A stretch of DNA of 64,000 bases from Alphaproteobacteria bacterium (GTDB lineage Bacteria; Pseudomonadota; Alphaproteobacteria; UBA7985): positions 534,965 through 598,964 of the forward strand of contig OZ245893.1 of NCBI GenBank assembly GCA_965229645.1, read 5' to 3'. Positions within the stretch are counted from its first letter, which is position 1; each line of letters opens with the position of its first letter. This document shows positions 53,380 through 63,422 of the stretch, one piece after another. The translations under genes and the position numbers were made by a program. Under the pieces are notes generated by a model. It made no database searches and was not told the origin of the DNA. It saw only the letters and a program-made list of their open reading frames with translations.

Positions 53380-56007
53380 ATGCCCGAGAATCGTATCGAA
53401 ATTGACACCGCTTTTGTGTTTGGAAATTTTGTCATTTCCAATAGCGAGGCCCCCAATGCCGTTGCGCCAAGATTGGATTGGGGCGAACCTTCCTATATTA
53501 TGCAAGGCGGTGAACCCAATTTGTTTTTGGCTTTGCAATGGCGCTACAACTTGGCGCCAACCTTGCGGGGCAGAGATCGGGAGCTGCAATCCCTTATGGA
53601 GTGGGCAGAGGACGGCGAATCTAACATTCAAATCCGATTGCTTACTGGCGGGGGTGGCAGCGGCAAAACACGGTTGGCGGCGACCGCGGCAAGAGAGTTA
53701 CGCACGCGCGGTTGGGCCGCAGGGTTCTTGCCTCGCGACGCTGACGCGACGCATGTCATCATTAGTCCAAAGGGCGAAACCCTGCGCAAGCTGTTTCTCA
53801 TCATGGATTACCCCGAGGAACGGATGAATGTCGTTGAAAAACTGATCCGCGCGGTCAGCGATATCAGCGACACTCTTGTCGATTTTCCGATCCGCATTTT
53901 GCTGGTCTCACGCCGTGGCCTCGACGGTTGGCAACAGATTATGGATCATATGGGCCATCGCGCGGGTCGTCAGGCCCTAGCTGAGCTTGATGCGCTCAGT
54001 GTGGACCAAGCCCATGCCCTATTTGTCGAGACAGCGAGTGCCTTCGCCCAACTTACGGGCAAGTCTCAGCCCGATCTGGTCGGGGTGCGGGATTGGCTAT
54101 CGGTGGACAAGGGCCATCGAGTGCCGCTGGTATCCATGGCTGCTGCTATCCATCAGGTGATAACGGGTGACTCTGGATTTGGCTTGGGCGCGCATGGGGT
54201 GATCACAGCACTGGCCAAGTTTGAATGTGTTCGGGCAAAGAAGGTGTCACGAGATCAAGACTTGGGCGAGATGGCAATTCCCCGCTTGTTGGCATTGGCC
54301 GCCATGAGTAGCGACGGACTTTCAGATGATCAGTGCATCCAACTTGCGGGATTGGGCGTCGGTGAACAGAGCAATCAAAAGTTCATCGACCGCCTTGCAA
54401 ATACGCCCTGGCATCACCGAAAAGAAGATGGAACAGGCTATATCACAAGACCCGAACCTGACCGGATGGCGGCGGTGTTCATGGGTTTGATATTGCTTGA
54501 TAGGGTCGAGAGCAAGTTGCCAGAATGGATAGCTGTGGCGGTTGAACCTGACGCAGAGCAATTTGGCGCCAATCTTAATCGCATTGGTTTTGATTTGATT
54601 AGCGCACCGCCAGCTTGGTCACAAAGGTTAGAAACAACCCTCGCCAAGATGATTGAAGCAAGCCCTGAGCGCGCAGCCCATTTTATGGGTATGGCGATGC
54701 AGGAGGCGGGGGTATTCTCGGCAGGATTCGCGACGGTTATTTTGCAAGGATTGCTCAATTTGGAAGTTGGAGGAGCTGAATTTCGCAGCACTTTGCTAAA
54801 CAATTTCAGTGGGCACCTGTCCAAAATTGGCCGCCGCGAGGAGGCCTTAGATGCCGCCCAGGAAGCGGTCAGAATTTATCGAGAATTGGCAAAGTCCCGG
54901 CCCGATGCCTTTACCCCTGATTTAGCCATGTCGCTTAACAATGTGGCAACCATGCTCTCTGAGTTAGGCCGCCGCGAGGAGGCCTTAGATGCCGCCCAGG
55001 AAGCGGTTACGATTCGCCGAGAATTGGCAAAGTCCCGGCCCGATGCCTTTACCCCTGATTTAGCCATGTCGCTTAACAATGTGGCAACCATGCTCTCTGA
55101 GTTAGGCCGCCGCGAGGAGGCCTTAGATGCCGCCCAGGAAGCGGTTACGATTCGCCGAGAATTGGCAAAGTCCCGGCCCGATGCCTTTACCCCCTATCTA
55201 GCTGGCTCGCTTAACAATTTGGCAAATAGGCTCTCTGAGTTAGGCCGCCGCGAGGAGGCCTTAGATGCCGCCCAGGAAGCGGTTACGATTCGCCGAGAAT
55301 TGGCAAAGTCCCGGCCCGATGCCTTTACCCCCTATCTAGCTGGCTCGCTTAACAATTTGGCAAATAGGCTCTCTGAGTTAGGCCGCCGCGAGGAGGCCTT
55401 AGATACCGCCCAGGAAGCGGTCAGAATTTATCGAGAATTGGCAAAGTCCCGGCCCGATGCCTTTACCCCTGATTTAGCCATGTCGCTTAACAATGTGGCA
55501 AATAGGCTCTCTGAGTTAGGCCGCCGCGAGGAGGCCTTAGATGCCGCCCAGGAAGCGGTTACGATTCGCCGAGAATTGGCAAAGTCCCGGCCCGATGCCT
55601 TTACCCCTGATTTAGCCATGTCGCTTAACAATGTGGCAACCATGCTCTCTGAGTTAGGCCGCCGCGAGGAGGCCTTAGATGCCGCCCAGGAAGCGGTTAC
55701 GATTCGCCGAGAATTGGCAAAGTCCCGGCCCGATGCCTTTACCCCTGATTTAGCCATGTCGCTTAACAATGTGGCAACCATGCTCTCTGAGTTAGGCCGC
55801 CGCGAGGAGGCCTTAGATGCCGCCCAGGAAGCTGTGACAAAGCTGCGTCCCCTGTTCCTGGACTCGCCATTGGCGTTCATGTCATGGATGGGAACTATGG
55901 CGCAAACATATATTAGGCGATGCCAAGACACAAAAACAGAACCCGATATTCAACTTCTCCAACCCATTTTCGAAATCTTTGAAAAATTCAACTCTCAACC
56001 CAAGTGA
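53380..56007 (+). CDS. NLR-like protein: short N-terminal motif, STAND-type P-loop NTPase and TPR array
   Basis: LRGRDREL..L..W, Walker A GGGGSGKT, Walker B LFLIMDYPE, ILLVSR; 46-aa TPR-like repeats; alternative ATG at 53353. Confidence 0.85.
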   Translation: MPENRIEIDTAFVFGNFVISNSEAPNAVAPRLDWGEPSYIMQGGEPNLFLALQWRYNLAPTLRGRDRELQSLMEWAEDGESNIQIRLLTGGGGSGKTRLAATAARELRTRGWAAGFLPRDADATHVIISPKGETLRKLFLIMDYPEERMNVVEKLIRAVSDISDTLVDFPIRILLVSRRGLDGWQQIMDHMGHRAGRQALAELDALSVDQAHALFVETASAFAQLTGKSQPDLVGVRDWLSVDKGHRVPLVSMAAAIHQVITGDSGFGLGAHGVITALAKFECVRAKKVSRDQDLGEMAIPRLLALAAMSSDGLSDDQCIQLAGLGVGEQSNQKFIDRLANTPWHHRKEDGTGYITRPEPDRMAAVFMGLILLDRVESKLPEWIAVAVEPDAEQFGANLNRIGFDLISAPPAWSQRLETTLAKMIEASPERAAHFMGMAMQEAGVFSAGFATVILQGLLNLEVGGAEFRSTLLNNFSGHLSKIGRREEALDAAQEAVRIYRELAKSRPDAFTPDLAMSLNNVATMLSELGRREEALDAAQEAVTIRRELAKSRPDAFTPDLAMSLNNVATMLSELGRREEALDAAQEAVTIRRELAKSRPDAFTPYLAGSLNNLANRLSELGRREEALDAAQEAVTIRRELAKSRPDAFTPYLAGSLNNLANRLSELGRREEALDTAQEAVRIYRELAKSRPDAFTPDLAMSLNNVANRLSELGRREEALDAAQEAVTIRRELAKSRPDAFTPDLAMSLNNVATMLSELGRREEALDAAQEAVTIRRELAKSRPDAFTPDLAMSLNNVATMLSELGRREEALDAAQEAVTKLRPLFLDSPLAFMSWMGTMAQTYIRRCQDTKTEPDIQLLQPIFEIFEKFNSQPK
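54829..55832 (+). repeat. Intragenic tandem repeat, 7 x 138 bp plus a partial unit (TPR-coding)
   Basis: Units start at 54829, 54967, 55105, 55243, 55381, 55519, 55657 and 55795 (partial). Confidence 0.97.
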
Positions 56008-56025
56008 TCCAACGAGGAAAATACC

Positions 56026-56439
56026 ATGGATGATCTCATTTTCACCGCCGTTGCCACCATGGCAACGGTCCTAACCAACAAAGTCGGCGAGGATGCTTAT
56101 GGTTCGCTAAAGACCTATCTTTGTGACAGACTGGGGCTTCGGCCAAGTTTGCGGGTTTTTGAACGCCAGCCTGATAGTGATGAACAACAGAAATGGCTTG
56201 CCGAAGACTTGAAGGACTCGTCCGCCGCCACAGACCCAGAGTTCGAAAGGCTCGTGAAAGTCGTGCAAGGGGAGCTGGAAAGCCGCAACCTGGATTTTCA
56301 AAACGCTTTGCGTATTAAGGCCAATGAAGGTGCATTTATCACGCTTGGCAAGGTAGATATTGAGGGATCTGCTGGCGTGGATATTTCTGGAAACCCCAAA
56401 GCAACGATTAAGGTAAAGAACATAAAAGTCCGCGCCTAA
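56026..56439 (+). CDS. Small Bell/HeLo-like helical protein with a beta-rich C-terminal tail
   Basis: Hydrophobic N-terminal helix; DAYGSLK..L..RLG, E..PDS, LAEDL...AA.D pattern; GAGGA RBS; starts 18 bp after the NLR stop. Confidence 0.65.
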   Translation: MDDLIFTAVATMATVLTNKVGEDAYGSLKTYLCDRLGLRPSLRVFERQPDSDEQQKWLAEDLKDSSAATDPEFERLVKVVQGELESRNLDFQNALRIKANEGAFITLGKVDIEGSAGVDISGNPKATIKVKNIKVRA

Positions 56440-56710
56440 ACCATTGACAGGAACTCATACCAAGGGTCGTTTTCAACGACGTTTCGCTGCTTTCAAGCGC
56501 CACGCAAGCGGCGCACCCACTTGGTCGCTCGTCCTTCATAAATACTGAATTTCCAGTTCTGTATTTTTCGTGACCATCAAAGGCTCGACGAATCAAGCGT
56601 TCCCGCCGCTAAAAATATGGCGGATGCTAGGTCGGCACAGCCGAAAAAAATGTCAAAATTCTGCAAGTTTGGCCCTATAAGGGCCGCATGGCCAGGACCC
56701 TCAAGCCGAC

Positions 56711-58204
56711 ATGAGAGCGGATAGGACCATCGCCGCGTATCGGCGCATGCGCGATCAGCCCTTGTGGCGGTTGCTGGCCGCTGACAAGGGGCCAACCATT
56801 ATCGGGTTGCTGCAATCGCACCTCTACGAGCAGGACCGCAGCCTGCCAGGCTCAATCCTGTTCGAACGCTTGACGCGGGATTTGGAAGAGTTGCGGGCCC
56901 AGGGCGAAGAATTGCCGCAGACAGCGCAGGCCTATGTGGCCAGTTGGCTCGGGGCGGGGTACCTGAAGCGCCGCTTTCCCTCGGGGGCAACAGAGGAGGA
57001 ATATGAGCTTTCGACCGCCACGGTGGAGGCCATTCGCTTTCTTTCTGCCATCGCCAAACCCCATTCGACGGCGACCGAGAGCCGTCTGTCGCTGGTGATT
57101 CAGGCGCTCGCGGCCTTGGCCGAGGATACGGATACGGATCAGTCCCGCCGGATCGAGCGATTGATGGCCGAACAGGCCCGCATCGATCGGGAAATCGACG
57201 CCATCAAAACCGGTCGCATGCGGGTGCTGTCGCACCATGCCGCCCTTGAGCGCGCGCGCGAAATTATCTCGCTCGCTGACGATTTAACGGGCGACTTTCG
57301 CCGGGTACGCGATCAGTTTGAACAACTGAATCGCGAGTTGCGCGAGCAGATCATGGACAATGACGGCAATCGCGGCGAGGTGCTCAACTCCTTGTTCGCA
57401 GGGATCGATCTGATCACGGAGAGCGAAGCGGGTCGGACTTTCTCCGCTTTCTGGCGCTTGCTCACCGATCCCGAGCAAGCAGCGGTGTTGGAGGAGGCAT
57501 TGGACAGCGTCGTATCCCGCGCCTTTGCGCAGGATTTGGCCTTGCAGGAACGGCGTTTCCTTTTGCGGTTGACCCGAAATCTATTGGAGCAAGGCGGGGG
57601 TGTCCACGACGTGTTGCAGACCTTCGCGCGCAGCCTCAAGCACTTCGTGCAAAGCCGCGAATACCTAGAGCAGCGTCGCGTGACCCAGTTACTCCGAGAC
57701 GCGCAGCGCGCCGCCCTTAGGATTAAGGACGGGGTTAAGACCACCGAAACGCTCGACTATGGGTTGGAACTGACCAGCAGTCGCGTGCGTTCCCTCGCCC
57801 AATGGGTGCTTTACGACCCGTCAGCGCAGGCCGAGCCTGAGGCGATGCGCAAAGGTCCGCCGCCGCCCGTCGATCTGGACACGGTCGGGGAGCTGGTAGC
57901 GCAGTCGGAAATCGATTTTCGCACTTTGAAGGCGCATGTTCGCTCGGTTCTGGAACAGCGTGCCCAAGCCTCAATCGCCGATGTTCTGGAGGCCTTTCCT
58001 GCCGAACAGGGCTTGGGCAGTATTGTTGGGCTCATTGCCTTGGGCAGCCGCCACGGGGTTCGCGGCGTCGAACAACACGAGGGGGCGGCGGCCGTTGCGA
58101 CGATTGAAACCGTCGCTTGGGTAGGGGATGATGCGCAAGGGCGCAGCGCGCGAATTCCAAAAATCTACTTTTTGAGGGATCGCGTTGATGAATTGGTTGG
58201 ATAG
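56711..58204 (+). CDS. jetA: Wadjet protein JetA (DUF3375)
   Basis: PLWRLLAAD, ATESRL, DFRRV, SEAGRTF.AFW and QGLGS motifs; first gene of a four-gene operon. Confidence 0.88.
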   Translation: MRADRTIAAYRRMRDQPLWRLLAADKGPTIIGLLQSHLYEQDRSLPGSILFERLTRDLEELRAQGEELPQTAQAYVASWLGAGYLKRRFPSGATEEEYELSTATVEAIRFLSAIAKPHSTATESRLSLVIQALAALAEDTDTDQSRRIERLMAEQARIDREIDAIKTGRMRVLSHHAALERAREIISLADDLTGDFRRVRDQFEQLNRELREQIMDNDGNRGEVLNSLFAGIDLITESEAGRTFSAFWRLLTDPEQAAVLEEALDSVVSRAFAQDLALQERRFLLRLTRNLLEQGGGVHDVLQTFARSLKHFVQSREYLEQRRVTQLLRDAQRAALRIKDGVKTTETLDYGLELTSSRVRSLAQWVLYDPSAQAEPEAMRKGPPPPVDLDTVGELVAQSEIDFRTLKAHVRSVLEQRAQASIADVLEAFPAEQGLGSIVGLIALGSRHGVRGVEQHEGAAAVATIETVAWVGDDAQGRSARIPKIYFLRDRVDELVG

Positions 58205-58889
58205 GGTCGAGGACGAAGAAGGGCCAGCAATTCAGGCGGACGAGGCGGAACCCGAGCAGGCGCTGTATCAGGGGGATCAAGGGGTTTTAACGTTGGACAC
58301 TCGCCGTGTGCTGGTCCAGCTTCTCACGGGTCCGTCCTTGGAATCGCGGCGTCATTCCAAGCTGTGGCCAGTTTTGATTCGGGAGGAAACAGCGATCCGT
58401 AGCCGCCTGTCGGAACTATTTTTGCAGTTGGTGATCGATCGCGATATGCAGGTCGCCTTTACCCGACAGGCCGATACGGGCGACCTTGAGGTTCCTCGGT
58501 TGTTGCGTCGGGCCAACTTAACTTTTTTGGACTCGCTCTTGTTGCTGCAATTGCGCGGACGCCTCACCCAGGCCGACGCCCATGGCGACCGGGCCGTGGT
58601 ATCGACCAGCGAGATCGTGGAGTTTCTCCAGGTTTATGAACAGGCGAGCAATACGGATCAGGCCTTGTTCGAAAAGCGCATTCATGCGTCGATCGAGAAA
58701 ATCAAAAAGCACAGTATCTTGCGCAAAATCCGCGCCAGCGAGGACCGTTTCGAGATTTCTCCGACGCTAAAATTGCTGTTTTCGGCTGAAGATATCCAGG
58801 CCTTAACCTCGATCTATCACCTTCGGCACAGCGCGGGCGCCTCACCTGAACATCAGGAAGAGGCGCAAACCGACGAGGATCGGGAATGA
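58188..58889 (+). CDS. jetB: Wadjet protein JetB (DUF4194)
   Basis: RRVLVQLL.GP, RSRLSELFL.L, LTFLDS.LLL.LR and ISPTLKLLF motifs. Confidence 0.88.
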   Translation: MNWLDRVEDEEGPAIQADEAEPEQALYQGDQGVLTLDTRRVLVQLLTGPSLESRRHSKLWPVLIREETAIRSRLSELFLQLVIDRDMQVAFTRQADTGDLEVPRLLRRANLTFLDSLLLLQLRGRLTQADAHGDRAVVSTSEIVEFLQVYEQASNTDQALFEKRIHASIEKIKKHSILRKIRASEDRFEISPTLKLLFSAEDIQALTSIYHLRHSAGASPEHQEEAQTDEDRE

Positions 58890-61800
58890 GCGACGCCGAG
58901 GGCATGTCATATCTGTTTGCGCAGGAACAGTTCCGCATGGTCAAGCTGCAGGTATTTAACTGGGGCACCTTTTCCGACGTTCATACCATCCCGATCACCG
59001 AGCAAGGCTTTTTATTCGTCGGTCGCTCCGGCGCAGGCAAATCGACCTTGCTCGACGCCTTTTCCGCCCTGCTGGTGCCGCCGCGCTGGGTCGATTTCAA
59101 TGCTGCCGCGCGGGAGGCGGAACGGACGGGGCGGGATCGCAATCTGGTCAGCTATATTCGCGGCGCCTGGGCGGAACAAAAGGACGAGGCCTCGGGCGAG
59201 ATCGCAACGCGCACCCTGCGCGCGGGCACGACCTGGTCGGCGCTGGCCCTTAGCTACCGAAACGCCTCGGATCAGTATGTGGTCTTGGTGCAAGTCCTGT
59301 GGTTGCGCGGCGGCGCAAACGGCGCGGGTGACGTCAAACGCCATTTCATGATCTTCGAACGGCCCTTTGACCTGGAGGAATTGGAAGTCTTTGGGCAGTC
59401 CAACCTCGATGTGCGCAAGCTCAAGCAGAGTCTTGAACAGGCCTTTCATGGCAGTGATTTCAGCGCCTATGCCGCGCGGTTTCGACGTTTGCTCGGCATC
59501 GAGAATGAGATGGCCCTGCGCCTGCTGCACAAGACCCAATCGGCCAAGAACCTCGGAGACCTCAACACCTTTTTGCGCGATTTTATGCTCGATAAGCCCG
59601 CGACCTTCGACGTGGCGGATCGTCTGGTCAGCGAATTTGACGAACTCAATGCCGCGCACCAGGCGGTCGTCAACGCCCGCAAGCAAGTGGAGACCCTGGT
59701 TCCTGCGCGCGAGGCCTACGCGGCGCGGACGGCGATTTTGCAGGACCAAAGCCATCTGAGTGACTTGCTCGCGGGAATCGATACCTATGGCGCGCGCTGT
59801 CGCGTCGATCTGCTCACGGCAGAGATCGAGCGCTTGGTCGTTCAAGCGGAGGGATTGCAGGGCGAGAAGGACAGGCGGAAAGCGACGCTTACCCAGCAAC
59901 AAGATGTTTTGCGTGACCTGGAGCGGCGCCATCGCGAGGTCGGCGGCGATCAAGTGGAAACCTGGCAAGCGGAAAAGGCATCGCTGGAACGGCGGCGGGA
60001 TCAGTGCCTTAGAAAGCAACAGCAAGCGAAGGGGGCCTTCGAGCAGCTCGACTGGGTGGTTCCGCAATCGCCTCACGATTTTGCCGCGCGGATTGGCGAG
60101 GCGCGGCAAGTCCTTGAGAGTTGGGAGCGGCGCAGAAACGAGATTCGCGAGCAACGGGACCGGTTGGTGATCCGTCGGCAGGAAGCCGAGGCGGCCCTTG
60201 TCCAAACCCGCGAAGAGGTGACGGCCCTGGCGCGGCAACCCTCCAACATCCCTGCGCGCATGTTGGCCTTACGAACCGAGATTTCTAAGGCCATCGGGGT
60301 GTCGGAGCGGGCCTTGCCGTTCGTTGGAGAACTGATCGAGGTGAAAGCCGATGAGGGCGCATGGCAAGGGGCCATAGAGCGGGTGCTGCACGGATTCGCG
60401 CTCTCGCTGTTGGTCGATGACCGTCACTACGCCGCCCTTTCCACTTACCTGAACGGTCGTCATCTGGGCCAGCGATTGGTCTATTACCGCACAGGGCAGG
60501 GCGATCACCCGCCTGCCAAACCCGTGGGAACCGACTCCCTGGTCCTGAAACTCACGATTGGGGAGGCCAATCAAGCAGAGTGGTTGCGTGCGGAGCTTCG
60601 CCGCCGCTTTGACTACCTCTGCGTTGACTCCCTGCAAGCCCTAAGGCGTGCGGACCGCGCCCTCACTCGCGAAGGTCAAGTCAAACACAGCAAGACCCGC
60701 CACGAGAAAAACGACCGCCGCGCGGTCGCTGACCCCAAGCACTGGGTCTTGGGATTTGACAATCAGGAGAAGTTGGCGCTCTACAAGGCCCAAGCCCAGA
60801 CGCTGGCGACGGAACTTTCCGATTTGGGCGACCAACTGCAGAACCTAACGAACCAAGAAGGTGCCCAATCCGACCGCGCCATGCATTGTCAGACCTTGGT
60901 CAATTTGCAGTGGCAAGAGGTCGATGTTGCGCCGCTGCTCACGGGGATCGAACAATTGGAGCGCCAGATTCGCCGCACACTGGACGGCGATAGCGGCTTG
61001 AAGACCATCGCCGATCAAATCACGCGACAAGAAGGGGTTGTGGAGCGGGCCGATGCGACTTTGCGCAAGGCGCGCATCGACCATGAGAAAATCGTCGGGC
61101 GGATCGATGACCACGAAACAAGCCTCAAACGCCTGCAAGATGATGCTGCTTTGGTCGCTTTGACACCTGACCAAATGCAAGGGTTGGACGCGCAGTTCGC
61201 GCTTTTGGAATCGCCAGCGCGGCTGGAAAATTTGGATAAGCAGCTCCGGTCGGTCGAGAGGACGATCCGCGAGAATATCGGCGCCTTGGCCCGCGAGGGG
61301 GGCAAGTGCGACCAGCTTATCGTAAGACAGTTCGATACCTTCGTTCGCGAATGGCCCCCAGAATCGGAAGGCCTGGATGCGACCTTAGCGGCGGCATCAG
61401 ATTTTTTTGCCAAGTTGACGCGCCTGGAGGCCGACGGCCTTCCCGCGCACGAACGACGCTTTTTTGAACTGCTTGAGCGGCAGAGCCACCAAAACCTCGC
61501 GGCGCTTTCGACCTATCTAAGCGATGCGCGCAAGCAAATTTTGGAACGTATGGACCTGGTCAACGAGAGTCTTGCCCAGGTGCCCTTCAACCAGAGCGCG
61601 ACCCAAACCACCTTTCTACAAATCGATCCCAGCGAGCGGCAACTGCCCGACGTGCGCGAATTCAAGCAGGAAATCCAGCAGGCCCTGAGCCATGCCTGGA
61701 GCCAAGATCGAGATCTGGCGGAATCGCGGTTTTTGGCCTTGCGTGGTCTGGTTCAGCGTCTTTCCAGTCAAGAACCCGAGAACAAGCGCTGGCGCCAGGC

Positions 61801-62260
61801 CGTGCTCGATGTCCGCCAGCATATGGAATTTATCGGCCGCGAAACCGATGAGGGCGGCGCAGAGGTGGAAGTTTATCGCAGTGGGTCTGGGAAGTCGGGC
61901 GGTCAGCGGCAGAAACTCGCAACGACGTGTTTGGCGGCCGCCTTGCGCTACCAACTCGGCGGCGACGATCTAGGGGTGCCTTTGTACGCGCCCGTTGTAC
62001 TGGATGAGGCCTTTGATAAGGCGGACAACGAATTCACCGCGCTGGCCATGAATATCTTTAAGAACTTTGGATTTCAGATGATTGTTGCGACGCCGCTGAA
62101 GTCGGTCATGACACTGGAACCTTTTATCGGCGGCGCTTGCTTTATCGACATTAGCGAACGGCGAGTTTCAGGGGTCTTGATAATCGAGTATGATCAGCAA
62201 GCCCAGCGCCTGAAGCTGCCCGCCCACGCACGTCGGGAAACAGGTCTTGAAATTTCCTGA
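58886..62260 (+). CDS. jetC: Wadjet SMC-like ATPase JetC
   Basis: NWGTF, Walker A GRSGAGKST, long coiled coils, SGGQRQKL and LDEAFDK motifs. Confidence 0.92.
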   Translation: MSDAEGMSYLFAQEQFRMVKLQVFNWGTFSDVHTIPITEQGFLFVGRSGAGKSTLLDAFSALLVPPRWVDFNAAAREAERTGRDRNLVSYIRGAWAEQKDEASGEIATRTLRAGTTWSALALSYRNASDQYVVLVQVLWLRGGANGAGDVKRHFMIFERPFDLEELEVFGQSNLDVRKLKQSLEQAFHGSDFSAYAARFRRLLGIENEMALRLLHKTQSAKNLGDLNTFLRDFMLDKPATFDVADRLVSEFDELNAAHQAVVNARKQVETLVPAREAYAARTAILQDQSHLSDLLAGIDTYGARCRVDLLTAEIERLVVQAEGLQGEKDRRKATLTQQQDVLRDLERRHREVGGDQVETWQAEKASLERRRDQCLRKQQQAKGAFEQLDWVVPQSPHDFAARIGEARQVLESWERRRNEIREQRDRLVIRRQEAEAALVQTREEVTALARQPSNIPARMLALRTEISKAIGVSERALPFVGELIEVKADEGAWQGAIERVLHGFALSLLVDDRHYAALSTYLNGRHLGQRLVYYRTGQGDHPPAKPVGTDSLVLKLTIGEANQAEWLRAELRRRFDYLCVDSLQALRRADRALTREGQVKHSKTRHEKNDRRAVADPKHWVLGFDNQEKLALYKAQAQTLATELSDLGDQLQNLTNQEGAQSDRAMHCQTLVNLQWQEVDVAPLLTGIEQLERQIRRTLDGDSGLKTIADQITRQEGVVERADATLRKARIDHEKIVGRIDDHETSLKRLQDDAALVALTPDQMQGLDAQFALLESPARLENLDKQLRSVERTIRENIGALAREGGKCDQLIVRQFDTFVREWPPESEGLDATLAAASDFFAKLTRLEADGLPAHERRFFELLERQSHQNLAALSTYLSDARKQILERMDLVNESLAQVPFNQSATQTTFLQIDPSERQLPDVREFKQEIQQALSHAWSQDRDLAESRFLALRGLVQRLSSQEPENKRWRQAVLDVRQHMEFIGRETDEGGAEVEVYRSGSGKSGGQRQKLATTCLAAALRYQLGGDDLGVPLYAPVVLDEAFDKADNEFTALAMNIFKNFGFQMIVATPLKSVMTLEPFIGGACFIDISERRVSGVLIIEYDQQAQRLKLPAHARRETGLEIS

Positions 62261-63422
62261 TGATATTCGCCAAGCGCTAAAGCGGCGCTACAAAACCCAG
62301 CACCGCGAGTGGCTGCAAAGCGGCCTTAAGTGCGACGAGCCCCTGAGCGCTGACACCTGGCCCCTCGAGGTAGCCTTGGGGGTTCCCACCGAACGCCAAG
62401 CCCAAAAGCAGTTGGCCGACGTGCGTGCTTGGGTTGCGGTTTGGCAAGCCTGGAACGGGGCGGGATCGCTGCGCTGGGGCGTGCGGCGGTGGCGCACACT
62501 TGGAACGCAGACCGTTCCCGAAAAACTGCTGCTGGCGGATCCCAGGGACGTCGCATCGTGGATCGGGGAAGCCGAGCGTTGGGCGCGCGCGCAGCGCCGC
62601 TATGGGGATCTGAGGGCGCGCTGGCCGCAGCTAAGCGGCGCGCTGCCGCGCCATTTCGACATGCTCGCGGACTACAGCGAGCAAGACTATGGCCGTCTGA
62701 TCGCTCTCCTCGATTGGATCCAACGCAATCCCACCTCCAACCTCTATCCCAGACAAGTGCCCGTGAGTGGGCTAGACAGCAAGTGGTTTGAAGGGCGCAA
62801 AGGGGTGCTGGCGGACTTGGTCGAAGCCGCGCTGCGCGGCCCGGTGATCGAAGGGGATCCTTTCCAGCGGTGCGGCCTCAAGGCCCCGCCGCGCCTAGTG
62901 CGTTTGCGCATCTTGGACGCCAGCCTAAGGCAGCGGCTGGGCGGTCTCGGCGACATCAGTGCGCCCTGGGAGCAACTGGCCGATCTTGATCTGCCCGCGC
63001 GCCACGTTTTCGTCGTTGAGAATCTGCAAACGGGTCTGGCCTTTGATGATTTGCCAGGGGCGGTGGTGCTGATGGGCCTTGGGTACGGGGTCGATCTGCT
63101 GGGCCGCCTGCCCTGGGTTGCCCAGGCCCAAGGCCTGTACTGGGGAGATTTGGATACCCATGGTTTTGCGATTTTGAACCGCGCGAGAGCCCATGTCCCC
63201 AGCCTGAAATCGATCTTGATGGACGAAGCCACCCTGCGAAGCCATGCGGAACTGTGGACGCAAGAGAAGGTGCCGCATACAGCGGAGGCCTTGCCCCTGT
63301 TAACGCAGGCCGAGCAGTCGGTGTACCAAGCCCTCAAACGCAACATCTGGGGTCAGAATGTCCGTCTCGAACAAGAGCGGATCGCCTGGGACGTGGCGTG
63401 GCGGGTTTTGCGCGACCTGTAG
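62247..63422 (+). CDS. jetD: Wadjet Toprim nuclease JetD (DUF3322/DUF2220)
   Basis: YPRQ, GLDSKWFE, VVEN, G.GY, YWGDLDTHG and RLEQERI motifs; TTG start. Confidence 0.9.
   Translation: MKFPDDIRQALKRRYKTQHREWLQSGLKCDEPLSADTWPLEVALGVPTERQAQKQLADVRAWVAVWQAWNGAGSLRWGVRRWRTLGTQTVPEKLLLADPRDVASWIGEAERWARAQRRYGDLRARWPQLSGALPRHFDMLADYSEQDYGRLIALLDWIQRNPTSNLYPRQVPVSGLDSKWFEGRKGVLADLVEAALRGPVIEGDPFQRCGLKAPPRLVRLRILDASLRQRLGGLGDISAPWEQLADLDLPARHVFVVENLQTGLAFDDLPGAVVLMGLGYGVDLLGRLPWVAQAQGLYWGDLDTHGFAILNRARAHVPSLKSILMDEATLRSHAELWTQEKVPHTAEALPLLTQAEQSVYQALKRNIWGQNVRLEQERIAWDVAWRVLRDL

Noticed and set aside
54829-55832. CRISPR array or DGR template/variable repeat
   Set aside because: Units are contiguous, in frame and lack unique spacers; differences are not adenine-specific; no cas or reverse transcriptase gene in the window
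56711-63422. Novel SMC-based system
   Set aside because: Gene order, sizes and motifs match the described Wadjet jetABCD
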